Shown: piece by piece, positions 9,150 to 18,471 of the stretch
Numbering within the stretch: the first letter of the stretch is position 1
Layout: each line of letters opens with the position of its first letter
From: Candidatus Heimdallarchaeota archaeon
Lineage (GTDB): Archaea; Asgardarchaeota; Heimdallarchaeia; Hodarchaeales; Hodarchaeaceae
Assembly: GCA_019057635.1 (NCBI GenBank)
Contig: DXJL01000133.1
Coordinates: 1 to 64,000 of the forward strand
Length of the DNA: 64,000 bases
Direction: 5' to 3'
Program-made: the position numbers and the translations under genes
Notes under the pieces: model-generated
What the model saw: only the letters and a program-made list of their open reading frames with translations
Told to the model about the DNA's origin: nothing
The model's database searches: none

Positions 9150-10388
9150 GTGACCCTAAGTATGTCCGATGAGCAAACTGATGATCCCTTGATACTCACT
9201 GATATGGCTCCTGATTTTGTTTCAGATTTTATAGGAGCAATTAGTATGGTATTTCTTGTATTAGGTGGATGGTACTTTTTCTTTACTCTAATTTACCCAA
9301 TTCTCGTTATTAACTTCGATTTTTTGGGAATAATTGCCGCAATGATAATAATGATGGTTTTCTTAACCTATAGTTTCGGTAAATTTAGTATTTTTTTGAG
9401 TGTTATAGCCTATCAATCAGCTTCGTGGCGTACAGGCGTTCCTTACATGAATGATAAGACAAAGTGCCCCTTTCTACAAAGAAAATTTCTGAAATTTCAC
9501 TGTATAGCAGAACAGATTGCAGAATTTGATGTTCCAGCCTTTGTGAAGTGCCATAGAGAGACAATGTGGTTAGAATGCTGGCCAGACCGTGTACCATCGA
9601 TAATAGACGTTTTTGATTCGGTTCCGTCTAAACGGCAACAACAGTTAGCCTTCATTCTTGGAGCGATGAAAGAACGTTCTCAGTCTGCGAGCTTTAAAAT
9701 GCATGAAGTATTAACAAATGAAAAATTTGAGATGGATATTCGATTAGCAGCAGGTTATGCCCTTGCTGAGATGAAGGATGAAAGCGCAATTGAACCTGCG
9801 ATTTCTCTTCTTGGCCAAACGGCTGCTCGTCAGGAAACCACAGTTCGTGCAGTAATTGCTCGATTTGGAGAACTTGCTATTCCCTATGTAACCGCTGCTC
9901 TTGAAACCTGTGATGAGGACCTGAAATGTGGTGCTTTAGCAGAAGTTTTGGGTAAAATTGGAGCCCCAAGCGGAATGCCTGTTCTTGATAAAATCTTGAA
10001 TGAACCTTCTTCAGAGGATTATACACGATTACAGACAATATATGCATTGCAGGAAATTGGTACAAAGGAAGCATATGAGAGTTTAATCAGACATCTAGAA
10101 ATTGCACAAGAAGAAGAGAAATTGATTATTAGAGATGTGTGCATGGCTAAAAAATTGGAAACATTCCCCATATTGATTGAATTATTAAATAACGAGGATT
10201 TGTCTGAAAGTTACTTTGCTGAGGTTGGAGATATTTTAGCACAAGTTCAAGCCCCTACTTATGATAAATTTTTCTCAAAATTAGAGGATAAAGAGTTAGT
10301 AAAACGATTAGTTTTGACATTAAAGGACCATACACCAGAGGAAGAGGAATATTTACCATTACATGCAGTCCTTGATACGTATATCTAA
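9150..10388 (+). CDS. Membrane-anchored HEAT (PBS-lyase-like) repeat protein
   Basis: Two to three N-terminal hydrophobic segments, then a four-Cys region, then HEAT-like units (IRLAAGYALAEM, ALAEVLGKIG, TRLQTIYALQEIG). Likely start is the ATG at 9161. Confidence 0.7.
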   Translation: MTLSMSDEQTDDPLILTDMAPDFVSDFIGAISMVFLVLGGWYFFFTLIYPILVINFDFLGIIAAMIIMMVFLTYSFGKFSIFLSVIAYQSASWRTGVPYMNDKTKCPFLQRKFLKFHCIAEQIAEFDVPAFVKCHRETMWLECWPDRVPSIIDVFDSVPSKRQQQLAFILGAMKERSQSASFKMHEVLTNEKFEMDIRLAAGYALAEMKDESAIEPAISLLGQTAARQETTVRAVIARFGELAIPYVTAALETCDEDLKCGALAEVLGKIGAPSGMPVLDKILNEPSSEDYTRLQTIYALQEIGTKEAYESLIRHLEIAQEEEKLIIRDVCMAKKLETFPILIELLNNEDLSESYFAEVGDILAQVQAPTYDKFFSKLEDKELVKRLVLTLKDHTPEEEEYLPLHAVLDTYI

Positions 10389-10424
10389 TAAAAGGGGTTT
10401 ACTCCCTTTTATCAATTTTTTTTT
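10388..10424 (+). terminator. Hairpin plus T-tract between convergent genes
   Basis: ATAAAAGGG-gtttact-CCCTTTTAT (9-bp stem) followed by caa and a 9-T run, directly after the stop of 9150..10388. Confidence 0.65.
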
Positions 10425-10605
10425 AAACTGAAACTATCCATCCCTTTTCTTCTAGATTCAGGATGAATTGCTTTAGGAATACTTGGTCTCTATGGGAAAA
10501 ATCGTTAATTCTTTCTACCTTCCGAATATCGATCCATATTTCCACTTTTCGTCCAGGGCGGTGGATTGTACGTAAATTTTTAGGTAATTTTAAATTGCGA
10601 AGCAT
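10423..10605 (-). CDS. Small hypothetical protein (60 aa)
   Basis: ATG preceded by a GTGAGA SD-like sequence. It sits in otherwise non-coding space and ends at the shared terminator. Confidence 0.5.
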   Translation of the reverse strand: MLRNLKLPKNLRTIHRPGRKVEIWIDIRKVERINDFSHRDQVFLKQFILNLEEKGWIVSV

Positions 10606-10902
10606 AAGTCTCTCACTTAATAGAATTACACATATTTGAATTTAAACGCTTAAAGGACTGTAAAATCTAAGAATCATCTCGTTATCAATCGCGTGTTTCC
10701 CGAATTGGGGTTAATTTTCTTGAGAATTACTTTTTCATGATATGTGATTAACTTTCTCCAGATCAGGAAAATTAAGTGGGTTTATTTCTGTTAAATTTGA
10801 ATATCGTCGGGTTATCCTTTATTTGACGATATCTTAGTTATTTAATTTTACTCGGAAGTTAAAAACAAATAATTAGTCGAGAAAAGGTTGATTTGACAAA
10901 GT

Positions 10903-11592
10903 ATGGTTATAACAATCATTTTTATTGAATCGGCTCTTGAATTGATTCCCGAATCCCTTAGAAACCATCCAGTAATACGAAAAAATTGGAAAACGACAAC
11001 ACGTAAAAGAAATCGAGGAATTCTTTTAGATACAGCCATTCACGGTTCAATTATGACAAAATTACCTGACAAAGAAAAACGTGGTAGACCAGATATTGTT
11101 TTCTATTCATTATTAAATCTACTCTACTCTCCTCTTGTTGCTAATAATACTCTTAAAATTATTATTCATACTTATACAGAGCACTGTATACACATTCCTT
11201 CTCATTGGAGAATTCCAGTAAACTATAATCGCTTCGTTGGCTTGTTTTCACAGCTATTATATAAAAAGCGTATTCCCGTTGAAGGAGAGCCCATTTTGTC
11301 AGTAATTAGATGTACTCTGGAAAAATTAATCCAAAAATATGATCACAATAAAATATACCTTCTAGAATCCCCTGCTAAGATTTCTGTTTATGTGTCAAGT
11401 TTAAAAAGTCTAGTAGATGAGGATGCTATATTTATAATAGGAGGGTTTCAATCTGGTGAGTCATCACTGTTATTTAAGACAAATATTGTCAGTAATCCAA
11501 ATTTCCAACAAATTTCTCTGTACCAAGAAACCAAACCAGCGTGGACGATATCATCTCGCCTCCTACATATGTTAGAAGATCAATTATTATGA
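10903..11592 (+). CDS. nep1: Nep1/Emg1 SSU rRNA pseudouridine N1-methyltransferase (SPOUT)
   Basis: Motifs ESALELIP, RGRPDIV, WRIPVNYNRFVGLFSQLL and IIGGFQSG. Confidence 0.93.
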   Translation: MVITIIFIESALELIPESLRNHPVIRKNWKTTTRKRNRGILLDTAIHGSIMTKLPDKEKRGRPDIVFYSLLNLLYSPLVANNTLKIIIHTYTEHCIHIPSHWRIPVNYNRFVGLFSQLLYKKRIPVEGEPILSVIRCTLEKLIQKYDHNKIYLLESPAKISVYVSSLKSLVDEDAIFIIGGFQSGESSLLFKTNIVSNPNFQQISLYQETKPAWTISSRLLHMLEDQLL

Positions 11593-11608
11593 TAAGGACG
11601 TTGTTACC

Positions 11609-12154
11609 ATGAAAAACGTAAAAGTTCTAGTGGCTAGTAAGAATCCAGTAAAAATAAAAGCTAGTCTGGATGCTTTTCAACTCTTTTTTAAAGATCCGAT
11701 TGTTGATTCGCAAGAAGTCGTCGTACCAACTGCTAATGCTTCTCAACCTATCGGAGAGGATCAAACACGTGAACATTCGGAATTGAGAGTTATAAAAGCT
11801 CGTGAAAACTATCCAGGATACGATTATTTTGTAGGAATTGAGGGAGGTGTAGTAAAACTAAATTCAGACAGTGCACGCATAATAGTCTATTCATCTATAG
11901 GACATCAGTTAGCTATAGAAACAGTCAGGGGGTGTGGAATCCCTCTACCATTAGAATGGTATACTGTATTGACTACTCATGAATATCACGAACTTGGAGA
12001 TCTTGCAGAACTAAAAAGTGGAGTTCCAGATATTAAAAAGAAACAGGGTGTTGTAGGATTCTTCAGTCAGAACTTTGTTACCCGATATGATATTCTCAAA
12101 CAAAGTGTAATTATGGCTCTTGTTCCATATTTAAATCCAAGTATTTTTCCATAG
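11609..12154 (+). CDS. yjjX: Inosine/xanthosine triphosphatase (YjjX/DUF84 family)
   Basis: Motifs VASKNPVKI, SQPIG, VGIEGG, ELGD, KKQGVVG and TR. Confidence 0.9.
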   Translation: MKNVKVLVASKNPVKIKASLDAFQLFFKDPIVDSQEVVVPTANASQPIGEDQTREHSELRVIKARENYPGYDYFVGIEGGVVKLNSDSARIIVYSSIGHQLAIETVRGCGIPLPLEWYTVLTTHEYHELGDLAELKSGVPDIKKKQGVVGFFSQNFVTRYDILKQSVIMALVPYLNPSIFP

Positions 12155-12312
12155 AATGAGTGGTACAACGGTGTATAATTGAGATACATTCAATTTGATC
12201 AAAGTCGAAAGTTGAATGAAAACAGTTATGGATATAAGAATGAGATGTTACCGTGTTTAACGGGTCTTCTTAGAACAGATTTATCTTGAAGAAACTCAAG
12301 GGAATATAAGAA

Positions 12313-12840
12313 ATGCGATCTACACACCCTGTAAAAGCACAAACAGTTCTTCCCCAAAAGGTGGAACAAATTAAACACTGGTTAGACCTCCTTAGGATAG
12401 AACATGTTATTTTAAAGGATAATCATGATAATGCCTTTAATATTTTACTTCCCATAAAAAACTGTCCTGATATTCATATTGCCTTAGAGAGTAATTATAC
12501 CCATATATCGTTCTTTTCGAATGGTTTAACTAGTCTTAAAAGAGAGCCCGATCATTCCGTATCATCCTTTTTAAGACGACTACTTCAGATTCAAGGTAAG
12601 TATTTCACTAGTAGAGTGATTACAACCGGACCCAATGAAGATCTCCGAATTTTCTTAGGTTACCGCTTAGATGAAGTAACTATGTACCGTTTCTCGCGAA
12701 AGATCCGTGAAATGATTCATTTTGTTAAAGAAGTGGCCGCTTTGCTTGAAGAATTCAAGATGGATGAATTGTGGCGACAAACTGAACAAGAACCGAAATT
12801 TCCAGCCATTGATATTAGTGAAAGAGTAAGATTTCTCTAA
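12313..12840 (+). CDS. Hypothetical protein, possibly YbjN/T3SS-chaperone-like fold
   Basis: By eye the pattern is alpha-beta-beta-beta-alpha-beta-beta-alpha with a central LRRLLQIQ helix. The fold is inferred only. Confidence 0.5.
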   Translation: MRSTHPVKAQTVLPQKVEQIKHWLDLLRIEHVILKDNHDNAFNILLPIKNCPDIHIALESNYTHISFFSNGLTSLKREPDHSVSSFLRRLLQIQGKYFTSRVITTGPNEDLRIFLGYRLDEVTMYRFSRKIREMIHFVKEVAALLEEFKMDELWRQTEQEPKFPAIDISERVRFL

Positions 12841-12846
12841 GTTTTT

Positions 12847-13353
12847 TTAAAATGGGCGTTTCTGCCATGATAAATAGGTTTCAACCCAGCAAATTATCGT
12901 AGCTATTCCCCCAAAAAGAAGTGCGAAAACTTTGCTTGTAGTTAGTGGAAAGCTTATTCCCCGAAAGAAGAGAAGATACCCTGCAAAAAGAATAGAGACA
13001 AAAACAGCATAAAAGAGGAATCGGGGTAGAGTATAGTTTCTTATAAGAATAAATTGGTTTAGTGCTCCAATGTCGACTTTTTTTGCGATTTCAAAGTTTC
13101 CAAATCTATTTTTTCGTATTACTCCCAAAGTTTCAAGTTTTTCTAAATGATAACTCGAAACACTTGGAGAGGACAGCCCTAATCCTCGCTGAATCTCTCG
13201 AACTCCTGCAGCTTCCTTTTTTCTCAGTAAATAAAAATAGACATCAAGCGTTGTACCCTTAATTGCAGTTTCATAATTGACTGACCGATCATTTTGCTTG
13301 CTGACCATCTTTCCTCTCCTATTCAGAATTCTTTTCCCATAAACCTTCAACAT
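12847..13353 (-). CDS. Winged-HTH regulator with two C-terminal transmembrane helices
   Basis: GTTLDVYFYLL...GVREIQRGLGLSSPSVSSYHLEKLETLGVI, followed by LPRFLFYAVF and two hydrophobic segments. Probable start is the ATG at 13308. Confidence 0.85.
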   Translation of the reverse strand: MLKVYGKRILNRRGKMVSKQNDRSVNYETAIKGTTLDVYFYLLRKKEAAGVREIQRGLGLSSPSVSSYHLEKLETLGVIRKNRFGNFEIAKKVDIGALNQFILIRNYTLPRFLFYAVFVSILFAGYLLFFRGISFPLTTSKVFALLFGGIATIICWVETYLSWQKRPF

Positions 13354-13481
13354 AGGATCCTCAAAAAAACTTTTTCAAATAACAACCCAATCCCAATTTA
13401 TTCCTGATGGTCAAGAGTTTATTTGTGTGTTTTAATACACCTCCTTTAGACTTAATAAACCCCAGAATATATAAAGAATAA

Positions 13482-13958
13482 GTGGAAATTATGACATTTA
13501 GAATCTCTGAGGATGAAAAAAAGGATAATGACACCTTAGAAAAAATCCTTGCTTCATTAAATACTACAGCTCAAGTGAAACCTGAAATCAAAGATTACCT
13601 GGACACATTATCAAACCGTATAGTTGACTTAACTCGTGATTATTATGCAGCGATTCTATATCTCTTCACATCTCCACTATCATTGCATCAACGGTTGATT
13701 CTTATGCAATTGGTTACACTCTACCCAAAAGGAAGTTCAGGAATAGAATTAGCAAGAAGTTTAGGAATATCAGAGAAAAGTAAATCAATATATAGGGATT
13801 TAAAGTATTTGCGAACTCAACATTTAATTTCCACTGAAGACATTCATCCACGATTAAAATTAGTTTATGCTAATTCTGAAAATCGCTTTATGAATCGACT
13901 AATCGAACTAGTTCAGATACATGGACGTGAATTGAAAAATATTATTCAAGAAACATAA
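13482..13958 (+). CDS. Winged-HTH DNA-binding protein
   Basis: LSLHQRLILMQL...SGIELARSLGISEKSKSIYRDLKYLRTQHLI. Confidence 0.75.
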   Translation: MEIMTFRISEDEKKDNDTLEKILASLNTTAQVKPEIKDYLDTLSNRIVDLTRDYYAAILYLFTSPLSLHQRLILMQLVTLYPKGSSGIELARSLGISEKSKSIYRDLKYLRTQHLISTEDIHPRLKLVYANSENRFMNRLIELVQIHGRELKNIIQET

Positions 13959-13978
13959 ATTCTCAAAGTGAAACAGCT

Positions 13979-14617
13979 ATGTTACGAGGTCCAATTACTA
14001 CTATACGACTTGTTCAGATATCATATGTCATCTTGGTCTCAGTATGTATTACTGGGTCAATACTCTTCTTGTCAAATAGTATAATGACCCCAACATCAAC
14101 AGATACTGGGCCAGGACCACAATTATTTGAAAATATATCTTTTGACACGGCTGTAGCGCGTATAAGTGATCCTTTGTCGTTTTTCCCTAATATTTTATGG
14201 GCTTTTATTCCATTAACTATAGCTATTTTCATAATAGCCTTCTACCTCCCTACAAGGTCAAGCCTTGGCCTATCTAAATCCCACTTCCAAAAAAAATCAC
14301 AATTAAACCGTTTTAATCTCCCTGTACGAGGATATACAATCAATCTTGACACGGGTTATATTAGAATCACACGAAAGCTATCTTCATTGAGTGGTTTATT
14401 ACTTCGAGAGATGAATTTTACAGTTAATCTTCCGTTGGACTACGCTGATAAGAAACGTATATTTGATTTCCTTGTAGGTGAGAAAGTGAATTATACAAAA
14501 ACACATGTTCTTCTACAAAAAACCGTGAAAATTCGGAATATTCCGCTTCTAATTGTTAGGACGAAGGCAATAATTGCTACTGTTGATACTACAATTGATC
14601 CCCCCTCTCCAAAGTAA
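13979..14617 (+). CDS. Hypothetical membrane protein (2 TM plus basic soluble domain)
   Basis: Two hydrophobic helices. Starts 20 bp after the wHTH gene on the same strand. Confidence 0.65.
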   Translation: MLRGPITTIRLVQISYVILVSVCITGSILFLSNSIMTPTSTDTGPGPQLFENISFDTAVARISDPLSFFPNILWAFIPLTIAIFIIAFYLPTRSSLGLSKSHFQKKSQLNRFNLPVRGYTINLDTGYIRITRKLSSLSGLLLREMNFTVNLPLDYADKKRIFDFLVGEKVNYTKTHVLLQKTVKIRNIPLLIVRTKAIIATVDTTIDPPSPK

Positions 14618-14703
14618 GTAATGTTAATAGAATTGGATGGGAAACTTTTAACTCTTCCTGCCAGAGATACTCCATATAGTGTAAAAAGGCAGTAGATGAT
14701 TAA

Positions 14704-15444
14704 TTGACACGACTTGTAGCATATTCAGTGACTTCTGACGGCCATTGGGATCCAGTGGCGTTTTCTCTTAAAGATCTTAAAGCTAAAGAAGTTTTCATCC
14801 TTGTTGATGACGAAAAAAGGAAAATTTGGATCTGGATAGGAAGAGATGCCACAGTTAAAACTCGCTTTATTTCATCCACTGCTGCGACTGAGATTCGTAG
14901 ATTGTATGGCTTTACTTTTCGTGTACAAACGATTGATCAAGACGAAGAATCACGTGAATTTTCAGAATGTATAGAATCGATCCCAAAAAGAGGTCTGGTA
15001 CCAGAATTAGCCGAAGGACAAAAGGAGAAAAAAGCAACTAAAAACACTCGATCCTCTTCCGCCGCAAAAAAAGTTACTCCAAGAACTAAAGCGAGTAAAT
15101 CGACAATAAAAAAAGCCAGTGCCACAAAAACTACACGTAAAACTCCTGTGCGAAAAACTACACCAAGAAAAACAGCGACCAAAACCACACGTAAACCCAC
15201 AAAAGCAAAAACCCAAAAAACTACACCTAAACCTAAATCACGTAGTTCAAAAGAGGTTCTGTCATTAAACAGTTATTTACCACAAGATACAAGCATTATT
15301 ACCACCCCACCTTGTCCTGAATGTGGCGTTGGAAATTTACTGCCTTATTCTGAAAATATTGTCCAGGAAGGAAGAGAAGATTTGATACTACCCTTTGCTA
15401 AGTGGGTTTGTTCAAAATGTGAGTACTCACCTACTCACCAATAA
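14704..15444 (+). CDS. Gelsolin-domain protein with Lys/Thr-rich low-complexity tract and C-terminal Zn ribbon
   Basis: EVFILVD...IWIWIGRDA...RFIS...IDQDEESREF matches the gelsolin repeat pattern (F-I-L-D, W-x-G, Q-G-x-E-S-x-x-F). The C-terminus has CPECG...CSKC. Confidence 0.8.
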   Translation: MTRLVAYSVTSDGHWDPVAFSLKDLKAKEVFILVDDEKRKIWIWIGRDATVKTRFISSTAATEIRRLYGFTFRVQTIDQDEESREFSECIESIPKRGLVPELAEGQKEKKATKNTRSSSAAKKVTPRTKASKSTIKKASATKTTRKTPVRKTTPRKTATKTTRKPTKAKTQKTTPKPKSRSSKEVLSLNSYLPQDTSIITTPPCPECGVGNLLPYSENIVQEGREDLILPFAKWVCSKCEYSPTHQ

Positions 15445-15450
15445 ATTTAC

Positions 15451-16125
15451 CTATTCTTTTGACTCTTCGGCTGCTAGAAGATCGTCTAACTGTTTACGTT
15501 TATCCTCAGGCATTTCTTCGCGGATTTTTTGTTGTTGTTCAATAAGGTTTTGCATGAAAAGCGTATAGGTGAACGGGAGGAGTGTTTGAGTTTCTACTCG
15601 GGCCTCAAAATCCTTTCGTGCGTTATCACGATCATGAATGAGTTGCTCTTTTGTCATTGTTCCATTTCCCAATCCAGGAACAGATTTATCCTTAATGTAG
15701 TACTGGGTCCCGTTATATCCAAGTGGAAAAGCAAGACACTCTAAAGGCATAGAGTGATAGATGTTGCAAAGCTTATTTTCTTGGTCAAACAAAGGACAAC
15801 CGCTATTCTCTTTTGCAGCAATGACGATAGATATAACTTCTCGGATTTCTCCCTGGAGTTGAGTTGGGAAAGTCTGCATTTTTAGATGAGGAAAAACTGA
15901 ATTGATAATCCCTGATTGAGTCCAATTCCGAATATCAGTAAAAGACACAGGGATGAATTCTCGTTTTTCACAACATTGGCCACATTTGGTACAATTGAAA
16001 ACGTATTTCTTTTTTGGCGGCTTTTCCTCTGCTTGAGTTGAAGGTTTTTCCTCTTCATCAGCCAGTACTGTTTCTTCCTCTTTCTTTTCGTCCCCCTGAT
16101 CTAAATTTGAATTTTCGTCCGACAT
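15451..16125 (-). CDS. YkgJ-family CxxCxxCC cysteine-cluster (putative Fe-S/Zn) protein
   Basis: Motifs FNCTKCGQCC, GCPLFD, LCNIYHSMPLECLAFP. Confidence 0.88.
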   Translation of the reverse strand: MSDENSNLDQGDEKKEEETVLADEEEKPSTQAEEKPPKKKYVFNCTKCGQCCEKREFIPVSFTDIRNWTQSGIINSVFPHLKMQTFPTQLQGEIREVISIVIAAKENSGCPLFDQENKLCNIYHSMPLECLAFPLGYNGTQYYIKDKSVPGLGNGTMTKEQLIHDRDNARKDFEARVETQTLLPFTYTLFMQNLIEQQQKIREEMPEDKRKQLDDLLAAEESKE

Positions 16126-16187
16126 TTACTTGAAACATCTCTCAAACTTGGCTATACTTACAAATTCTTTCATGTGATGATCGATAT

Positions 16188-16973
16188 TTATTTACTTTGT
16201 TTAGCAATCAACGCAGCTGTCGCTCCAGCATTTATTCCATTGTCAATATTAACAACAACTAATCCAGGAGAACAGCTTTGAAGCATTGACATTAATGCAG
16301 CAACTCCTTTTCCGCCATAACCATAACCAGTAGATGCTGGTACTCCAATTACGGGAACCCTCACTAAACCAGATACAATTGATGGAAGAGCGCCTTCCAT
16401 TCCGGCAACTACAATGATAACTCTTACATTTTGCTTTACAAGCTCTTTCAAGGGAGTGAATAACCTATGAACTCCTGAAATTCCAACATCATGAAATGAA
16501 ATGACTTCTACCCCCATTATACGAGCAATAGCCTCCGCTTCTTCTGCAATTGGTATATCTGAAGATCCTGCTGTAAGTATACCTATTCGTTGAAATGGAA
16601 TAGGGGGGGAATAATCTTTCTTCTTGATGGTCACCGTGTAGGGTTCTGAATCTGATGTAACTTTTAAGTTATAAGACGTACCGAATTCCTTTTTTAGAAG
16701 AGATAAGTGTCGTTGTAACACCCGTGAAAGTAAACACACTTGGTGAGATTCCATTAAAGAAGAAACAATTTCAACAACGAGTTTGGGGCTCTTTTTTTCT
16801 GCAAAAATTATTTCTGGTATCCCTCGTCTTATTTGACGACTCGTATCCATCTTTGCCCCCTCTCCAATGAATTCAAGACCGAATAGATTTATAGATGTGA
16901 TAGCTTCCTCAATTTCAATTTTTCCATCTTTTAATTTTTGTAAAATCCCCTCTAAATCATGCATTGGCATCAT
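16188..16973 (-). CDS. larB: Nickel-pincer cofactor biosynthesis carboxylase/hydrolase LarB
   Basis: Motifs RRGIPEIIFAEKK, TAGSSDIPIAEEA, DVGISGVHRL, VAGMEGALPS, PVIGVPASTGYG and VVNIDNG. Confidence 0.95.
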   Translation of the reverse strand: MMPMHDLEGILQKLKDGKIEIEEAITSINLFGLEFIGEGAKMDTSRQIRRGIPEIIFAEKKSPKLVVEIVSSLMESHQVCLLSRVLQRHLSLLKKEFGTSYNLKVTSDSEPYTVTIKKKDYSPPIPFQRIGILTAGSSDIPIAEEAEAIARIMGVEVISFHDVGISGVHRLFTPLKELVKQNVRVIIVVAGMEGALPSIVSGLVRVPVIGVPASTGYGYGGKGVAALMSMLQSCSPGLVVVNIDNGINAGATAALIAKQSK

Positions 16974-18210
16974 CCTCTCTTTTAATATTAGAATTAATGT
17001 TTTTTCGAGTTTTTCTCAGTGATTGCTTCTTTTTGAGGGCTATTCTTTTTATATCCTCATATTCTACTTTTTCTGTAATCATCTCGTCCCCGATAAAACC
17101 ACGCTTCACTTTTACACTATCATCCCCCTCTCCAATTTTGATTTTTTGCATAGTAGAATTACGTGAAATAATGTGCCTAAAGCTGGATAATACTCGGACT
17201 CCTAATGTTCCTAATTCACGCATAAGCAATAAGGAAACTTCTTGAACTTTCTCGGGTTTAACAATGGCTTGAAGAAGATATCCTGGTCTGTTCTTTTTCA
17301 TCAGTGTATTTATCGCAATAAAATCTAAAACTAAATTTTCACGGAAGAGGATATCAAATAAGTAACCAATGGTTTCTCCATCTACATCGTCAACATTTGT
17401 CTCCAGAATCATAATTTCCTCAGAATGCAAATGATTTTTAGTTATTCCAAGAATGATTTGTAGAAATGACTGTTTGCCTTCTTTTGGAGAATGAGTACCA
17501 AAACTTCTTCCAATCTTCTCCATTTTCATACTCGGTAAATACTGAATTGCGTTTGCTTGTAAAGAGGCTAAAATTGCAGCTCCTGTAGGTGTTAATAGTT
17601 CCTCATTCACAGGTCCCCCTTGAATTTCTAAATTACCCATTTGAATGATTTCTGTTGTAGCAGGTGCCGGAACAGTGACCAAACCATGAGCAATTGTCCG
17701 AGTTCCTCCTCCTACAGCAATAGGTAAAAGGTGAATGTGTAGCTCTTCTTTTCGAATTAACTCCAAGAGATAATAGAATCCCAGAATATCTAGAATAGTG
17801 TCGATGGTTGCTAGTTCATGGAAATGAAAATTTCCGTTATCACTCGTAGCACCATGAATTTTTTTTTCTGCCCCAATTAAATAGTTTAATGCATTATGTG
17901 CTTTCTTTATTGATATCTCCATCTGTAGAAACGAATGACTTAGATTTGTCAAAATATCTACTAACTCGTGAGGTTGAAAGCGTTTCTTTGCGTTTGTGAC
18001 CAGTTGTAGCCCAAAAAATCCTTCAATTTTAACTTTCTTCCAATTTAACAGAAATTGAGGATCATAATCAACTAATTTTGATTGAAATTTGTTACAAAAG
18101 TCATTACGTTGTTCTTCGGAGCATAAATCTAATAACGCAGCGATGAGCATATCTCCTGCCGCGCCTGAAATACTGGAATCAATTATTAGCAATGTCATCG
18201 TCAATTTCAT
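16957..18210 (-). CDS. larC: Nickel-pincer cofactor nickel-insertion protein LarC
   Basis: Motifs SGAAGDMLIAALLD, HFHE, AHGLVTVPAPAT, ELLTPTGAAIL, LETNVDD, MKKNRPG, GTLGVR and EYED. Uninterrupted full-length ORF overlapping larB. Confidence 0.95.
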   Translation of the reverse strand: MKLTMTLLIIDSSISGAAGDMLIAALLDLCSEEQRNDFCNKFQSKLVDYDPQFLLNWKKVKIEGFFGLQLVTNAKKRFQPHELVDILTNLSHSFLQMEISIKKAHNALNYLIGAEKKIHGATSDNGNFHFHELATIDTILDILGFYYLLELIRKEELHIHLLPIAVGGGTRTIAHGLVTVPAPATTEIIQMGNLEIQGGPVNEELLTPTGAAILASLQANAIQYLPSMKMEKIGRSFGTHSPKEGKQSFLQIILGITKNHLHSEEIMILETNVDDVDGETIGYLFDILFRENLVLDFIAINTLMKKNRPGYLLQAIVKPEKVQEVSLLLMRELGTLGVRVLSSFRHIISRNSTMQKIKIGEGDDSVKVKRGFIGDEMITEKVEYEDIKRIALKKKQSLRKTRKNINSNIKREDDANA

Positions 18211-18471
18211 AAAAAACTAGAGTGTATTCAAAATTTTTTACTAGAAAAATAATTGAGTTTATCGTTTGGAGGAGAAGAAATTCAGTAAATTTTTAATTTC
18301 TTACTAAAATTATTTTAGTGTCCCGATTACCATCATTGATTGTATTGCTTTCATTCCAACGAATGAAGAAAAGACAGAAAAAACTAAGCCATTAAGCTTA
18401 CTTAAATTACGGAAAAAGATAACATTAATTATCCCTCAATTTTTAATTATAATCGAATATAGGTAATTATC

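Noticed and set aside
14937-15216. Antisense ORFs rich in Val/Phe/Cys (87 and 69 aa)
   Set aside because: They are shadows of the Lys/Thr-rich tract on the plus strand.
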